A stretch of 64,000 nt of DNA from Candidatus Eiseniibacteriota bacterium (GTDB taxonomy: Bacteria > Eisenbacteria > RBG-16-71-46 > CAVPCR01): contig CAWGMA010000003.1 of assembly GCA_963823555.1 (NCBI GenBank), positions 608,001 to 672,000 on the forward strand. The letters are read 5' to 3'. The translations under genes were made by a program, and so were the position numbers. Below, piece after piece: positions 40,487 to 52,307 of this stretch. The stretch's first letter is position 1; each line of letters begins with the position of its first letter. The notes under the pieces were generated by a model. It was not told the DNA's origin and searched no databases. It saw only the letters and a program-made list of their open reading frames with translations.

Positions 40487-42106
40487 TTGAAAACGATATT
40501 TCTAACGGTCCTCGCATGCGCTTGCTTTGCCATCAATGCCGCAGCACAGGACTACGATGTCGTGATCAACAACGGCAGGGTCATAGACCCGGAAACCATG
40601 TATGACGATGTGGCCAATGTCGGTATCAAGGACGGCCGTATTGCCACGATTACCAAAGAGAAGATTACTGGTAGCGAAACCATCAATGCGAAAGGCATGG
40701 TGGTGGCGCCCGGTTTCATCGACACCCATTTCCACTTTCAAATGCCGGTCGGCTATTCCCTCGGGTTGCGCGATGGCTTGACCAGCAGCATGGATTTCGA
40801 GATGGGCTGTGCGGGATCCTATATCGACGACTGGTATAAAGCGCGCACCGGTGTGACCCAGGCCAACTATGGAATCGCGGTCAGTCACGAGTTTGCCCGC
40901 GCGATGTTCATCGACGGTTCAGACGGCGCCGATTACCTGGTAAACGGCCCCATAGCCGCTTACACAACCCGGGCGAAAACAGGCTGGAGCCAAACACGTC
41001 CAACCCTGGAACAGGGTAACGCAATTCTCCAAGAGATTGACAAGGGCCTACAGGCTGGTGCCGTGGGAATCGGCAGCACCGTGGGCTACATGAGAGAGGG
41101 CGTCTCTTCACGCGAGATGTTCGAAGTGCAGAAAGTCGGCGCACGGTATGGCCGACCGACCGGCGCACATACACGCTATACGCTCGGCAACGACACGCAA
41201 GAGAATAACGGCGCGCAGGAACTCATTGCCAACGCCGTGGCTCTTGGCGCCCCGGCGATCGTCGAGCACTTCAACAACCCTGGTTGGCGCCTAGCACACG
41301 AAATGGTTATTGGGCTTCAGGAACAGGGCCACAACATCTGGGGTGAAGTCTATCCCTACGCCGCGGGTTCCACCACGATCAATGCTTCGTTCCTGGTGCC
41401 TGAGATCTGGATCGACGTAATGGGTAAACGCTATGAAGATACCATGCTGGATCCGGTCACGGGTGAGTACTATACCTTGGAGACCTACAAGGCCACCGTC
41501 GCATCCGAACCGACCAGGCCGATCGTCATATTCAAGATGCCCGCCGAAGACCAGGCGAAGTGGCTGACGCTGAAGGGCGTGACCATGGCCAGCGATGCGG
41601 TTGGTGCCAAGCCGTACGACGCCCCGTGGGATTACCCGATGGAAAAGCTGGGCGGCACCCATCCGCGGACGGCTGGCGCCCGAGGTGCTACGATTCGCCT
41701 AGGTCGGGAAAACAACATCCCGATGATGCAGCTGATGTCGATCCTCAGCTACAACGCAGCCAAGCATATGGGCGATACGGGGCTGAAGTTCATGCAAGAG
41801 CGCGGCCGCATCCAGACCGGCATGGTTGCCGATATCGTCGTCTTTGACCCCGAAACCTTCACGGACAATTCAACCTACGAAAATGGCGCTATCCCTTCAA
41901 CGGGCATGAAGGCCGTGGTCGTCAACGGTCAGATCGTTGTGCGCGACGATGTGCAGCTTCCTGTCTTCCCCGGTCAGCCGATCCGGTTTGAACCCGAAGA
42001 CAGGCCGCGCTTCGTGCCGATCTCGGAAGAGGCATGGAACGCCGAATTCTCGACCGGTATGCCTAGTGAATTCACGGGCGCCTTCCCTGTGGACGGCGAA
42101 CACTGA
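40487..42106 (+). CDS. Secreted amidohydrolase (N-acyl-D-amino-acid deacylase-like)
   Basis: Signal peptide; VAPGFIDTHFH; EVYPYAAGST; HPR; GRIQTGMVADIVVFDP. Confidence 0.88.
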   Translation: MKTIFLTVLACACFAINAAAQDYDVVINNGRVIDPETMYDDVANVGIKDGRIATITKEKITGSETINAKGMVVAPGFIDTHFHFQMPVGYSLGLRDGLTSSMDFEMGCAGSYIDDWYKARTGVTQANYGIAVSHEFARAMFIDGSDGADYLVNGPIAAYTTRAKTGWSQTRPTLEQGNAILQEIDKGLQAGAVGIGSTVGYMREGVSSREMFEVQKVGARYGRPTGAHTRYTLGNDTQENNGAQELIANAVALGAPAIVEHFNNPGWRLAHEMVIGLQEQGHNIWGEVYPYAAGSTTINASFLVPEIWIDVMGKRYEDTMLDPVTGEYYTLETYKATVASEPTRPIVIFKMPAEDQAKWLTLKGVTMASDAVGAKPYDAPWDYPMEKLGGTHPRTAGARGATIRLGRENNIPMMQLMSILSYNAAKHMGDTGLKFMQERGRIQTGMVADIVVFDPETFTDNSTYENGAIPSTGMKAVVVNGQIVVRDDVQLPVFPGQPIRFEPEDRPRFVPISEEAWNAEFSTGMPSEFTGAFPVDGEH

Positions 42107-42184
42107 TCGTGACATTCCCGGCCGACGGGGCGAAGAAAGTGGCATCAGGGAGTAACTCTATTTTTGAAGGCTCAGGAGCAACAT

Positions 42185-43084
42185 ATGCAAGCGAAATCCA
42201 ATCTTAGCCATCTGATCACAATCTGTGTCTTCTCTGCTTTGAGTGTTACCGCTCTTGCTCAAGACCAGGCAGAAGAGAGTATCGAGCTAAGCACCACACC
42301 CTTGATAAAGCAGGCGGCGACAGCCGACGACATTGCCAGGGAGTTGGCGAATCCGAACACTGTGCTTGGGTCATTGAACTTCAATTTCGACTACTTTACG
42401 TATAAAGGTGACCTGCCGGGTGCATCTGATCAGAGCGCAACTCGCCTGACCTTTCAACCCGTCTTGCCCTATCCGATCAGCAAGGGTACCAACTTTTACC
42501 TGCGGCCCGCAGTGCCGATTGTGATTGCGCAAGACGTGCCGGCAATAGGCGGATTCAAGAATAAAGGTGTCGAACTTGGGGATATTTCTTTTGATGCCGC
42601 GTTGGGCAAAAGTCTTCCAGGTGGCTATGTTGTGGTCGGTGGTGTTGTGGGTACCTTGCCCACGGCAACAGACGACGCACTGGGGCTGGACCAGTGGTTG
42701 CTGGGCCCTGAGGTCGCTTTTGCAAAGGTTTTCAAATGGGGTGTGCTCGGACTGCTCGTCTCGCATCAGTGGGACGTCGCTGGCGAGGACAGTTTTTCAA
42801 CGAGTATTACCGGTGGACAGTATTTCTACACGTATAACCTCAGCAATGGCTGGCAAATCAGTTCGTCACCAACCTTTTCTTACAACCACGAGGCGGACAG
42901 TGGACAGCGCTGGACGGTTCCGGTTGGTTTCGGTGTGTCCAAGACCACAATCCTTGGTGGCCAGCCCTGGAAGTTCGGTCTCCAATACTGGCAATACGTC
43001 AAGCAGGCGGATGCTTTCGGGCAGGATTGGGAGGTGCGTTTCACCGTAACCCCGGTAGTCTCCTTGCCATGGGGTAAGAATTAG
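42185..43084 (+). CDS. Putative outer-membrane beta-barrel/transporter (MetA-pathway-like)
   Basis: Signal peptide; ELANP, FQPVLP, TLPTATDDALG..QW, WTVPVG. Confidence 0.7.
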   Translation: MQAKSNLSHLITICVFSALSVTALAQDQAEESIELSTTPLIKQAATADDIARELANPNTVLGSLNFNFDYFTYKGDLPGASDQSATRLTFQPVLPYPISKGTNFYLRPAVPIVIAQDVPAIGGFKNKGVELGDISFDAALGKSLPGGYVVVGGVVGTLPTATDDALGLDQWLLGPEVAFAKVFKWGVLGLLVSHQWDVAGEDSFSTSITGGQYFYTYNLSNGWQISSSPTFSYNHEADSGQRWTVPVGFGVSKTTILGGQPWKFGLQYWQYVKQADAFGQDWEVRFTVTPVVSLPWGKN

Positions 43085-43222
43085 CAGTGGCCAATGCCTG
43101 GACAGAAGGAAAGCGAAAAGATGCAGTTGATTAGAAATGTTTGTTCAGGACCTGGCAGCAAATCCTTGCCGCCGATGAAACTTTCCCGGCCATGTATCTG
43201 GCCTTTGGATTGGAGGATAGAA

Positions 43223-44846
43223 ATGAAACGACTAACGGCGCTTTTGCGCGTATTGGTACCTACCCTGGTTTTGGCCACATCGGCATTGGCCGCCGATTAC
43301 GATGTCGTGATCAACAACGGCCGGGTCATGGACCCCGAGACCAACTTTGATGGCGTGCGCAATGTGGGGATCAAGGATGGCAAAATTGTTGTGATCACCG
43401 AGGACGCGATCAAGGGTAAGGAGACCATCGACGCCAGGGGTCACGTCGTAGCCCCGGGCTTTATTGATGGGCACCAGCACGCGACTGACCCGTTCAGTCG
43501 CAAGGTGAATTTGCGTGATGGCTTGACCACCGGGATGGACTTCGAAGCAGGCGCCGGTGATATCGCTAAATGGTATGCAGAGGCCGAGGGTAAAACCCAG
43601 AGCCAACTACGGTATGGTCGTGCTCGCAACTCTTGCCCGTGTAGCGGTGCTGGACGGTCCTGAAATAGCGGCTGGTGCTAATGACATGGGCGGCCTGTTC
43701 CCTATGGTGGGTGCCGCCGCCGCAAAGGCTGAGAAAGAAGGACGCAAGCCAGGCTGGACTGCCACCTTGCCCAATAAAGAGCAGATGACCAAGATCATGA
43801 GTATCGTCGATGAAGGCCTTCGCCAAGGCGCCTTGGGCGTGGGCATTCCAGTCGGCTATATGACCACGGGCGTGACCCAGTACGAATTGTATAAATACCA
43901 GGAGTTGGCATCAAAATACGGTCGTGTTTCGAATGCGCATGTACGCTTTGCGGGTGTCAGACCTCCCACCGAGGGACAATTGGGTGTTCAGGAAATGCTG
44001 GCCAATGCCATGGTTTTGGATGCACCTTTCCTGGCTTCACACCTGAACAGCAACATGGACTGGGAGTACACGATCCCGCTCATCAACGACGCAAGAGAAA
44101 AACGCGGGGCCAAAGTATGGGGTGAGGTTTACCCGTATGCGGCCGGCTCTACCGTTGCTTCGACAGATATTCTCACAGAGTCGAGCATGGCTCAGATGAA
44201 TATAACCTATTCGAACGTCGCCAACCTTGACGGCACGCGTTGGGACAAGGCGATGTATGAGGACGTTCGCAAGAATGATCCGGGCAGAACGATTTTGATT
44301 TTCAACAACTCCCCTGAGGACATCGCTAAATGGATGGCTCAGCCGGGAGTTGTCGTCGTCTCAGACGGCATGGCTATCCAGGATGAAAAAGGCGAATACT
44401 ACCCTTGGGATTCACCTTATGAAGGCAAGTCAATCCACCCGCGTAGCGCAGGTACCCGCGCCAAGGTGCTGCGCATGGTGCGTGAAGATAAGAACATGCC
44501 TTTGATGGAAGCCATTTCCAAGATGAGCTACCTGCACGCCAAGTATTTTGACGAGTTGGGCGGCATCAGCCAGTTCAGGACCAAGGGACGGGTGCAGGTG
44601 GGTGCTGACGCCGACATCGTCGTCTTCAACCCGGATACGGTCACTGACAACAGCACTTACAAGCCCGGCGAGGGAGCGCTGCCCTCTACCGGCATACCCT
44701 TTGTGTTGGTGAACGGTGTGGTGGTCGTCAAGGATTCCAAAGTTCAGAAGGTCTTTCCGGGTAAACCGATTCGCTTCCCGGTACTGCCCACCGGCCGCCT
44801 GGACCAGATATCGATCGAACCCAGGGAGTTTGATCCCAACCAGTGA
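43223..44846 (+). pseudogene. Second D-aminoacylase-like amidohydrolase, single frameshift near 43600
   Basis: Two overlapping frames jointly align end-to-end with the 40487 paralog (KTQ|ANYG). Confidence 0.82.
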
Positions 44847-45075
44847 GCAGCGTATTCGAGACAGCAGAGTTCCAAGCTGATGCAAAGGCCTGCCGCGATG
44901 GCCGAAGAGGACCGGCTGGTGGGCGTGCAGCAGTTCGGTCAAATGTTCGTGGTCGCCATGATCATCGTCGCTGGTGTCATGGTCGGCTACACCATCGTTC
45001 GTCCTAAACAGGGCGTGTGAACCCGCAAGCAGTGCGCTGCGGACGAGTTCCGTCGGACGCCAGGAGGAAAGACAA

Positions 45076-46335
45076 GTGAGGGTGATTCGATCAGTTCTGC
45101 TTTTCGTATTCGTGCTGGCCCTGCCGGCTGCGGTACTCGCGGAAACGCAGACTGCGTCAACTCCAGACGACCCCCGAATCGATCCGCTGGACAACCGTTC
45201 GGTGGACATGACGGGCGACGACCTGGCGGTTGATTCCTTCGATCACTCCTGGCCGCTGGCTGGGTCTCGCGCCCGCATGGCGATTCGCGGATACGTCAAG
45301 CTCGACTACATCCAGGACTTCGACGGGGCCTATGATCGGTTCCAGTTTCTGGTGGCGGCCATCCCGGTCTCCGGCGACGGCCGACCGGAGCAGTCGGGCT
45401 ACATGAACATGTTCGCCCGGGAAAGCCGGATCAATTTCGACATCCGGTCGTTCACCGAGAACGGTACTCCGCTGCAGGTCTTTCTGGAGATCGATTTCTG
45501 GAACCTGGGGGACACGCCGTTCTACGCCACACCGCGGCTCCGGCACTTCTATGGAGTGTTCGGCCCCTTGCTGGCAGGGCGTACCTGGGGCACGCTGACC
45601 GACGTCTATTCCCTGGCTACGACTATCGACTTCGCGGTGGGCGACGCAATCTCGGGAGCACGTCGTCCCCAGATCCGTTACGAGCACCCGCTCGCCAACG
45701 GGTTCAAAGCCGCCGTCGCCCTGGAGATGCTCGAGTTCACGGACATCGACAACGTCGACGATCAGCCAGGTCAGGGGAGCCAGCAGTTCCCGTTGCTGGC
45801 GGCCCGCATTACGCGCGCCACGAACCGGGGGCGGGCCATGCTGGGTGCGTCGGTGTACCAGCTACGGTGGGACGGGTACGGGACGGACCCCGATGCAACG
45901 TCGGTGGCCTTCGGTGCGCTCTGCAGCGGCCGCCTGGGCCTGGGGCAGCGGGACTACTTCGTGTGGAACACATCGGCGGGGAACGGCTGGGCCAGCAACA
46001 TCGCGACCGAGATCGGATCGGGATCCGCCGCGGTCCTGATGCCCGAAGGCACGCTCGATCTCCTGTTCTCGTGGAACGCGCAGGTGGGTGTCTCGCACTA
46101 TCTGTCCGAGTTGTTGGCGTTGAACCTGTCGGTGGCGTGGGCCTCCGTGGAGAAGTCGGACCTCAGGTCCCAATACAGCCTCCGGGAGGGCGGTACGGCG
46201 CACGCCAATGTGATCTGGTCACCATTCAAGTCGGTGAACACCGGCGTGGAGTACATTTTCGGCCTGCATCGCAACTACGACGGATCCGATGGCAGTGCAA
46301 ACCGCGTCCAGGGGATGATCAAGTTCATCTTCTGA
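45076..46335 (+). CDS. DcaP-like outer-membrane porin
   Basis: GYVKLD, ARESRINF, PRLRHFY, RRPQIRY; C-terminal Phe. Confidence 0.8.
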   Translation: MRVIRSVLLFVFVLALPAAVLAETQTASTPDDPRIDPLDNRSVDMTGDDLAVDSFDHSWPLAGSRARMAIRGYVKLDYIQDFDGAYDRFQFLVAAIPVSGDGRPEQSGYMNMFARESRINFDIRSFTENGTPLQVFLEIDFWNLGDTPFYATPRLRHFYGVFGPLLAGRTWGTLTDVYSLATTIDFAVGDAISGARRPQIRYEHPLANGFKAAVALEMLEFTDIDNVDDQPGQGSQQFPLLAARITRATNRGRAMLGASVYQLRWDGYGTDPDATSVAFGALCSGRLGLGQRDYFVWNTSAGNGWASNIATEIGSGSAAVLMPEGTLDLLFSWNAQVGVSHYLSELLALNLSVAWASVEKSDLRSQYSLREGGTAHANVIWSPFKSVNTGVEYIFGLHRNYDGSDGSANRVQGMIKFIF

Positions 46336-46451
46336 TGCGATGACGGAATGATTGACCAGAAATCCGTCGGGCCGCGATGGCCGAAGGGGACCTGCTGGTG
46401 GGAGCACAGCAGTTTGGTCAAATGTTCGTGGTTGCCCTGACCATCGTCATC

Positions 46452-47838
46452 TGTCCGTCCCGAAAACTCCGTATCGCAGGTCCGTTGCACATTTGGGGGG
46501 CCTGATCGACCCAGGGAATGCTGGTTGGCAGCATGATCGTGGTGGGATCCGAAGAACGCGAGTGCTGGGAGTCGCTGCGTGTCGCGCGTTCAGGACGCGC
46601 TTGACCAGCGGCGGCAAGCGAAGTGCAGGCGTGATGGACAGGCGATGGCGGCGGCTACGCGGCGCGCCGCTCGTAGTGGTGATGTAACCCGCCCACCTCC
46701 GGGATCTCGACCACTGCCCCCAAGGCCTGGACAGCTCGCCCCTCCGGAGCGTCCATGTCGAGTGCCTGGTGCGTGCGCCAGCCGTGGTAGTAGCGGAAGT
46801 AGCTCCGGAGAATGCCTATCAGGTGCCGTTTGTTCATCACGATGACGTGGTCGAGGCACTCGCGGCGGATGGTGCCGATCAGCCGCTCGACGTACGGGTT
46901 CTGCCAGGGACTACGCGGCGCGGTAATGATCTGCTCCATCCCCAAACCACGAACTCGCCGTTGAAAGTCTTCGCCGTAGATGTGATCGCGGTCGCGGAGA
47001 AGATAGCGTGTCGGGTGGACGTAGGGGAAAACCTCAACAACCTGCTGGCCGGTCCATCGTGCTGAGGGAGTGGCGGTGACATGGAAGTGAAGAACCCGGC
47101 GCCGATCGTGCGCGAGGATGAGGAAGACGAAGAGCACCTGGAACTTGACCGTCGGCACGACGAAGAAGTCAGTCGAGATCATGTCCGCAGCGTGAGTGCG
47201 AAGGAAGGTCATCCAGGTGGGGGAGGCAGGTCCCCGGCGGCGAACCATGTACTTCTCGACCGTCGACTTGGGGATCTCGATGCCGATCTTGGCGAGTTCA
47301 CCGACGATCTTCGGGGCTCCCCACAGCGGATTGGCCGCCGATAGCCGCCGAATGAGAGCGCGTACTTCCTTTGCTACCGGGGGTCGTCCGGGCTTGCCCA
47401 GACCGGCAGAGCCGCGTCCAGTGGTCGCGGAATCGACGGCGTTGCCAGGCGATGACCGTTCTTGGCTTCACGATGACGAGCCCTTCCCGCCAAGCCGGCC
47501 AGAACCGGGCGAGCCAGGCCCAGAGGAGGCGGTCGGCGGGTTTGAGTCGCGGCCGCTTCACGGATCGCTGGCAGACGGCGAGTTGGTGCCGGAGGGCGAG
47601 GATCTCGATTTGCATCGAGGCCCGGGAGCGAAGGCCGGCGCCGAGGAACGCGAAGAGGGCCACGAAGATAGGGGGCATGAGGCGAGCGATCCGTCCAAGG
47701 TCTGCGGGGAGGGCGGGTAGCCTACAACGCCGGCAGGCAGCGATCGAGCCGGGGTGTCCCTGCGGGAAGGCGCCTGACGGCGAGGTCGATCGGGCGTATG
47801 CTTGAAGGAGGCTGGCAACGGGGTTTTCGGGAGGCACA
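46452..47838 (-). mobile_element. IS481/rve-type element with frameshifted transposase (47678-46655)
   Basis: EILALRHQL, STDFFVVPT, LRDRD, PWQNPYVERLIGTIRRECLD. TIRs TGTCCGTCCCGAAAACTC / TGTGCCTCCCGAAAACCC. Confidence 0.88.
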
Positions 47839-47887
47839 AATGATCTCCTGATCAGCGAAATGAACATCCTGGCGGGTGACTGCTGAA

Positions 47888-49096
47888 ATGTGCAGCAGCT
47901 ACAAAGTTGCGATGGCCATGGCTTCTTTGGTGGTCGCCGGCGCCGCCCAGGGCAGCACCTGGACTGTCCCCGATGAATTCGTGACCATCCAGGCGGCCGT
48001 GGACTTCGCCGCAAGCGGCGATACGGTGCTCGTTCGCCCCGGAACCTACGTCGAGACCGTTCTTCTCCTCGGCAAGTCGCTGCGGATCGCTTCCCTGGCG
48101 GGTCCCGCCACGACGATCATCGACGGCAGCGCCCCGACGCGACCGGACACGCTAAGTGTCTTGTGCGCGATCGGCCCACTCGAGCTTGATCTCGAGGGCT
48201 TCACCATCCGCAACGGCCTGGAAGGAACGACGATCGAGGGTGGTGGCGGCGACTCCGGGGGAGGAATCGCTCTCTACGGCGTGGACGGCAGGCTCAAAGA
48301 CTGCGTTGTCGAGCACAACTTCTGTCCTGGCTCGGGCGGTGGCATCTACCTCGTGGGCTCCTCGGTCACGATCGCTGACTGCACCATTCGGGACAACGAG
48401 TGCTTCTCGAACGGCGGCGGTATCGACGCGGTCGTCTGCTCGCCGACGATCGAGCGGTGCATCGTGGCGAACAACGGCACCGAGTCGACCAACTCGGGTG
48501 GGGGAATCGGAGTCTACTTCGGGTCGCCGGTGATCCGTGACTGCGAGATCACCGGCAACCGCGGTCGCTCTGGATCGGGTCTCGGGTTCGAGGCCACTTC
48601 GAGCCCGACCATCACGCGATGCCTGATCGCAGGGAACAGCAACGGGGTCGACAACCAGTCCGTGGGCGGCGGCATCTCGGTCGGCGAGGGCAACGCTCGC
48701 ATCGAGCAGTGCACCATCGTTGGAAACCGGGGCTACCTGGGGGCGGGCGTCCATGCGAGCGCACCCACAAGCGCGAGGGTCACGCGGTCGATCGTTGCCT
48801 TCAACCTGGGCGGACCAGGAGTATCGTGCCCGGGCACGGTCACCTTCGAGTGCTGTGACGTGTTCGGCAACGAGGACAGCGACGACATCTGTGGAACCGA
48901 CCTCGGCAGCAACTTCTCCCTCGACCCCTTCTTCTGTGCGGACTACTCGATCGCCGAGTCCTCGCCCTGTGCGCCCGCCAACGCGCCGGTTGGGTGCGGG
49001 CTGATCGGGGCCCGCGATGTGGGCTGTACTGGGGCAATCGAAGCCAGCACCTGGGGCCGCATCAAGGCGCGATTGTCCGTCCCGAAAACTCCGTAG
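47888..49096 (+). CDS. Secreted beta-helix protein with WGxIK tail
   Basis: VPDEFVTIQAAVD; STWGRIKAR; the last codons are supplied by an IS end at 49074. Confidence 0.85.
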   Translation: MCSSYKVAMAMASLVVAGAAQGSTWTVPDEFVTIQAAVDFAASGDTVLVRPGTYVETVLLLGKSLRIASLAGPATTIIDGSAPTRPDTLSVLCAIGPLELDLEGFTIRNGLEGTTIEGGGGDSGGGIALYGVDGRLKDCVVEHNFCPGSGGGIYLVGSSVTIADCTIRDNECFSNGGGIDAVVCSPTIERCIVANNGTESTNSGGGIGVYFGSPVIRDCEITGNRGRSGSGLGFEATSSPTITRCLIAGNSNGVDNQSVGGGISVGEGNARIEQCTIVGNRGYLGAGVHASAPTSARVTRSIVAFNLGGPGVSCPGTVTFECCDVFGNEDSDDICGTDLGSNFSLDPFFCADYSIAESSPCAPANAPVGCGLIGARDVGCTGAIEASTWGRIKARLSVPKTP

Positions 49097-49104
49097 CGCG
49101 GGTG

Positions 49105-52077
49105 AACTAGTCCAGCGAATCTCGGCGCCGCGCTTCAGTGGTCGAAGCTGTTAATGTGGTGGATGTTATCCTGTCCTGTGAGCGGGATTTCCCGGGAGGC
49201 GCAGGATGATGTCCTTTCAAGTTTCGCAGCCTGTCGCGCTGCCGAAAGGGTGGACGCGGTACGTCCGCTCCGCCCTGCTCCAGGCCATCTCCCTGGCGGC
49301 TACGGCATGGATCCTCGCCCGGAGCCGGGCGGTCACGAGCCGCCATGAGCGGGAGCGCCTCCAAGCCGGACTCGACCGCGCGCAGACCGAGGGTAGTTCC
49401 CCCCGATTTCTGGACAGCTTGTTAAGGTGTACCCGCAAGCGCTACGGAGGGCAGGATGAAGCGCAAGCGGTACAGTCCCGAGCTTAAGGCCAAGGTCGCC
49501 GTCGAGGCTATCCACGGGCTGAAGACGGCCAGCGAGATCGCCCGCCGGTACCAGGTCCATCCCAACCTGGTCGGCTTGTGGAAGCGGCAGGCCCTGGAGT
49601 CGCTGCCCGCGCTGTTCTCCCGGAAGGGGGACCACAGCCACGAGGACCAGGAGCAGCTGGCCCGGGAGCTTTACCAGCGGATCGGCGAGCTCGAGATGGA
49701 ACTGGAGTGGCTCAAAAAAAACGATGGGAGCTTCCGCTCCGGGAGAAGCGGAAGATGATCGAGCTCGGCCACCCCCAGCTCTCGATCCAGCGCCAGTGCG
49801 CTTTGCTCGGGCTTCCCCGGTCGAGCTTTTACTACGAGCCGGCCGCCGAGAGCGCGTTCAACCTGGAGCTGATGCGGCGGATTGACGAGCAATACTTACG
49901 GACCCCGTTCTTCGGGAGTCCGAAGATGACGGGGTGGCTGCGGCGACAAGGCTACGCGGTCAATCCCAAGCGGATTGCGCGGCTGATGCGACTGATGGGT
50001 CTGCAGGCGATTGCCCCGGGGCCGCACACGAGCCAGAAGCACCCCGAGCACCCGATCTACCCGTATCTGCTGCACGGCTTGGCGATTGTGCGGCCGAATC
50101 AGGTCTGGGCAACCGATATCACGTACATCCGGATGGCGTACGGATTCCTCTACCTGGTGGCGATCATGGACTGGTTCAGCCGCTTCGTGCTGTCGTGGCG
50201 GTTGTCGAACACGTTGGATGTGGGCTTCTGCCTCGAGGCGTTGGAGGAAGCGCTCGGGTTCGGCCGCCCCGAGATCTTCAACTCCGATCAGGGGGCGCAG
50301 TTCACGAGCGGCGACTTCACCGGGGCGCTGAAGCAGCAAGGCATCCAGGTCAGCATGGACGGCCGCCGGCGAGCGGTGGACAACATCTTCGTCGAGCGCC
50401 TGTGGCGGTCGGTCAAGTACGAGGAGGTCTACCTCAAGGACTACCAGGACGGGAACGAGGCCTTCGCGGGCCTGGGCGCCTACTTCGGCTTCTACAACAC
50501 CGAGCGGCCGCACCAGGCTCTGAACTACCGGACGCCCCAGGAGGTTCACTGGGGATGAAAAAGGGGGGATACTACGGGTCGGGTCAACCCGAGAACGTGG
50601 CTCCTGGAGCCTCTATGGAAGTCGATTTTCCGACGGTCCCCGCGGAGGGGACGAAACCCGAGCCGACGGCGGATCCGGGCACGGTGCCCGGGCAACCCCG
50701 GCGGCTCACGCACCCCGCGGTCTACACCTTAAGAAGACCGGAAAACTGTCCAAAGGATGGGGGAAGCTGCCGAGATCGCGCTCCTGAAGGAGGAGCTGCG
50801 GATCAAGGATGAACGTTGGAGCCGGTTGTCCTCGCGCCGGCGGCCGCACTACACGGCGATCGAACGGCTGCGGATTCTCGAACTCAAAGCGGCTCGCGGC
50901 TGGTCGCGGGAGCAAGCAGCGCGGATCTTCCTGCTCGACGAGCAGACGGTGCGGGTGCTCTGGTGCGGCTTGCCGATCCGGTGAACAAGTTCCCGGAGTT
51001 CGTGCGCTACCTGGTGAAGGAGCTCAAAGCGCTGGTCCCGGCCATGGGGAAGGTGCGTATCGCGCAGGTGCTGGCGCGGGCGGGGCTGCACCTGGGCGCC
51101 ACCACCGTCGGGCGGATCCTCAAGGAGCCAGAGCCGTTGCCAGGGGAAGCAGCGGGGTTCGTAGAGACAGAGGTCGTCGAGACGCGCGTGATGGCCACGC
51201 ATCCTGATGAGATCTGGCACGTTGACCTCACCACCGTGCCGACGGCGGCGGGGTTCTGGGTGCCGTGGCTGCCGTTCACCTGGCCGCAGGCCTGGCCGTT
51301 CTGCTGGTGGGTGGCGGTGGTGATCGATCACTTCTCGCGGGCGGTGGTCGGCTTTGCCGTCTTCTCTCGCCCTCCGACCTCGGCGGAAGTCCAGCGCTCA
51401 CTTGGCCTGGCGATCCGCCGCGCCGGTCATCGCCCGCGGTACGTGATCAGCGACCAGGGGCGGCAGTTTCGCTGCAAGTCCTTCCGGCGCTGGTGCCGGC
51501 GACGGGGCATTCGTCCCCGCTTCGGTGCCGTCGGTGAGTACGGCAGCCTCGCCGTCATCGAGCGGTTCATGCGCTCGCTGAAGGCGGAGTGCACGCGGCA
51601 GATCCTGGTTCCGCTGCGGCTGGACGCAGTACGGCGAGAGATCGCGCTGTACGTCGTCTGGCACAATCTGCACCGACCGAGCCGGGCCTTGGGCGGCCGG
51701 ACGCCGTGGGAAGTGTACGCGGAACTGCCCCCGGCGAACGCGCGACCACGGCACGAACCCCGGGCGGGGTGGCCAGCCGAGGCGCCCTGCGCGGCCCCGC
51801 AGACCGCGATCCGCGGCCAGTGCAGCACGAGACTCGCTCTTGTCGTCGGCTACCTGGAAGGCCGGAGGCACCTGCCGGTGGTAGCGCTGCATGAAGCGGC
51901 GTGATCGCGGGTGACGAAGACTCACCCAGGATTCTGCAGCCAGCGGCGTCAGTTGCGCAGCCCTGATGCCCTGATGGCCAACTGCGCGCTTGACATTGGC
52001 CTATGCGGCCCAACTTCTCGCGGCGCTGGCAAGCCGAATCGGGGTTCTGAAGGCGGCGCTGAAATCGGTGGACGAGT
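49105..52077 (+). mobile_element. Family-Z element, second copy, interrupted by IS3 and frameshifted near 50955
   Basis: ORF pieces 49206-49391 and 50772-51904 match 3849-5180; ends TAGTCCAGCGAATC / GAAATCGGTGGAC. Confidence 0.85.
49392..50771 (+). mobile_element. IS3-family element: orfA 49456-49758, orfB to 50558, -1 frameshift at A8 (49714-49721)
   Basis: MKRKRYSPELKAKVA; WATDITY, NSDQGAQF, ERLWRSVKYE. Terminal IRs and a (CC)GAG target duplication. Confidence 0.93.
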
Positions 52078-52079
52078 TC

Positions 52080-52270
52080 ACAGGATAACATCCGTCGGTG
52101 CCTCAGGTTCCGCCAACCGGAGCGGGGCGCCGAGATTCGGTGGACCAATATGGGCGTCGGCCAACCCAGCCAGCGAAGGTGGCCAGGAAGGGGCGAAAGC
52201 GGATGGAGTCAAGCATCCGACGAGGCTATCAGCCGGCTTCCTGACAGCACGATCGACTTTTCGGATAGGA
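52080..52270 (-). mobile_element. Family-Z and IS481 left-end remnants
   Basis: TATTGGTCCACCGAATCTCGG and TCCGAAAAGTCGATCGTGCTG...MLDSIRF on the minus strand. Confidence 0.6.
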
Positions 52271-52307
52271 CGCGATCGCTGCCACGGAGACAATTGCCAT
52301 TAAAGCG

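Noticed and set aside
43590..43610. Programmed frameshift in the amidohydrolase
   Set aside because: No slippery run at the break; a one-base insertion (mutation or sequencing error) explains it.
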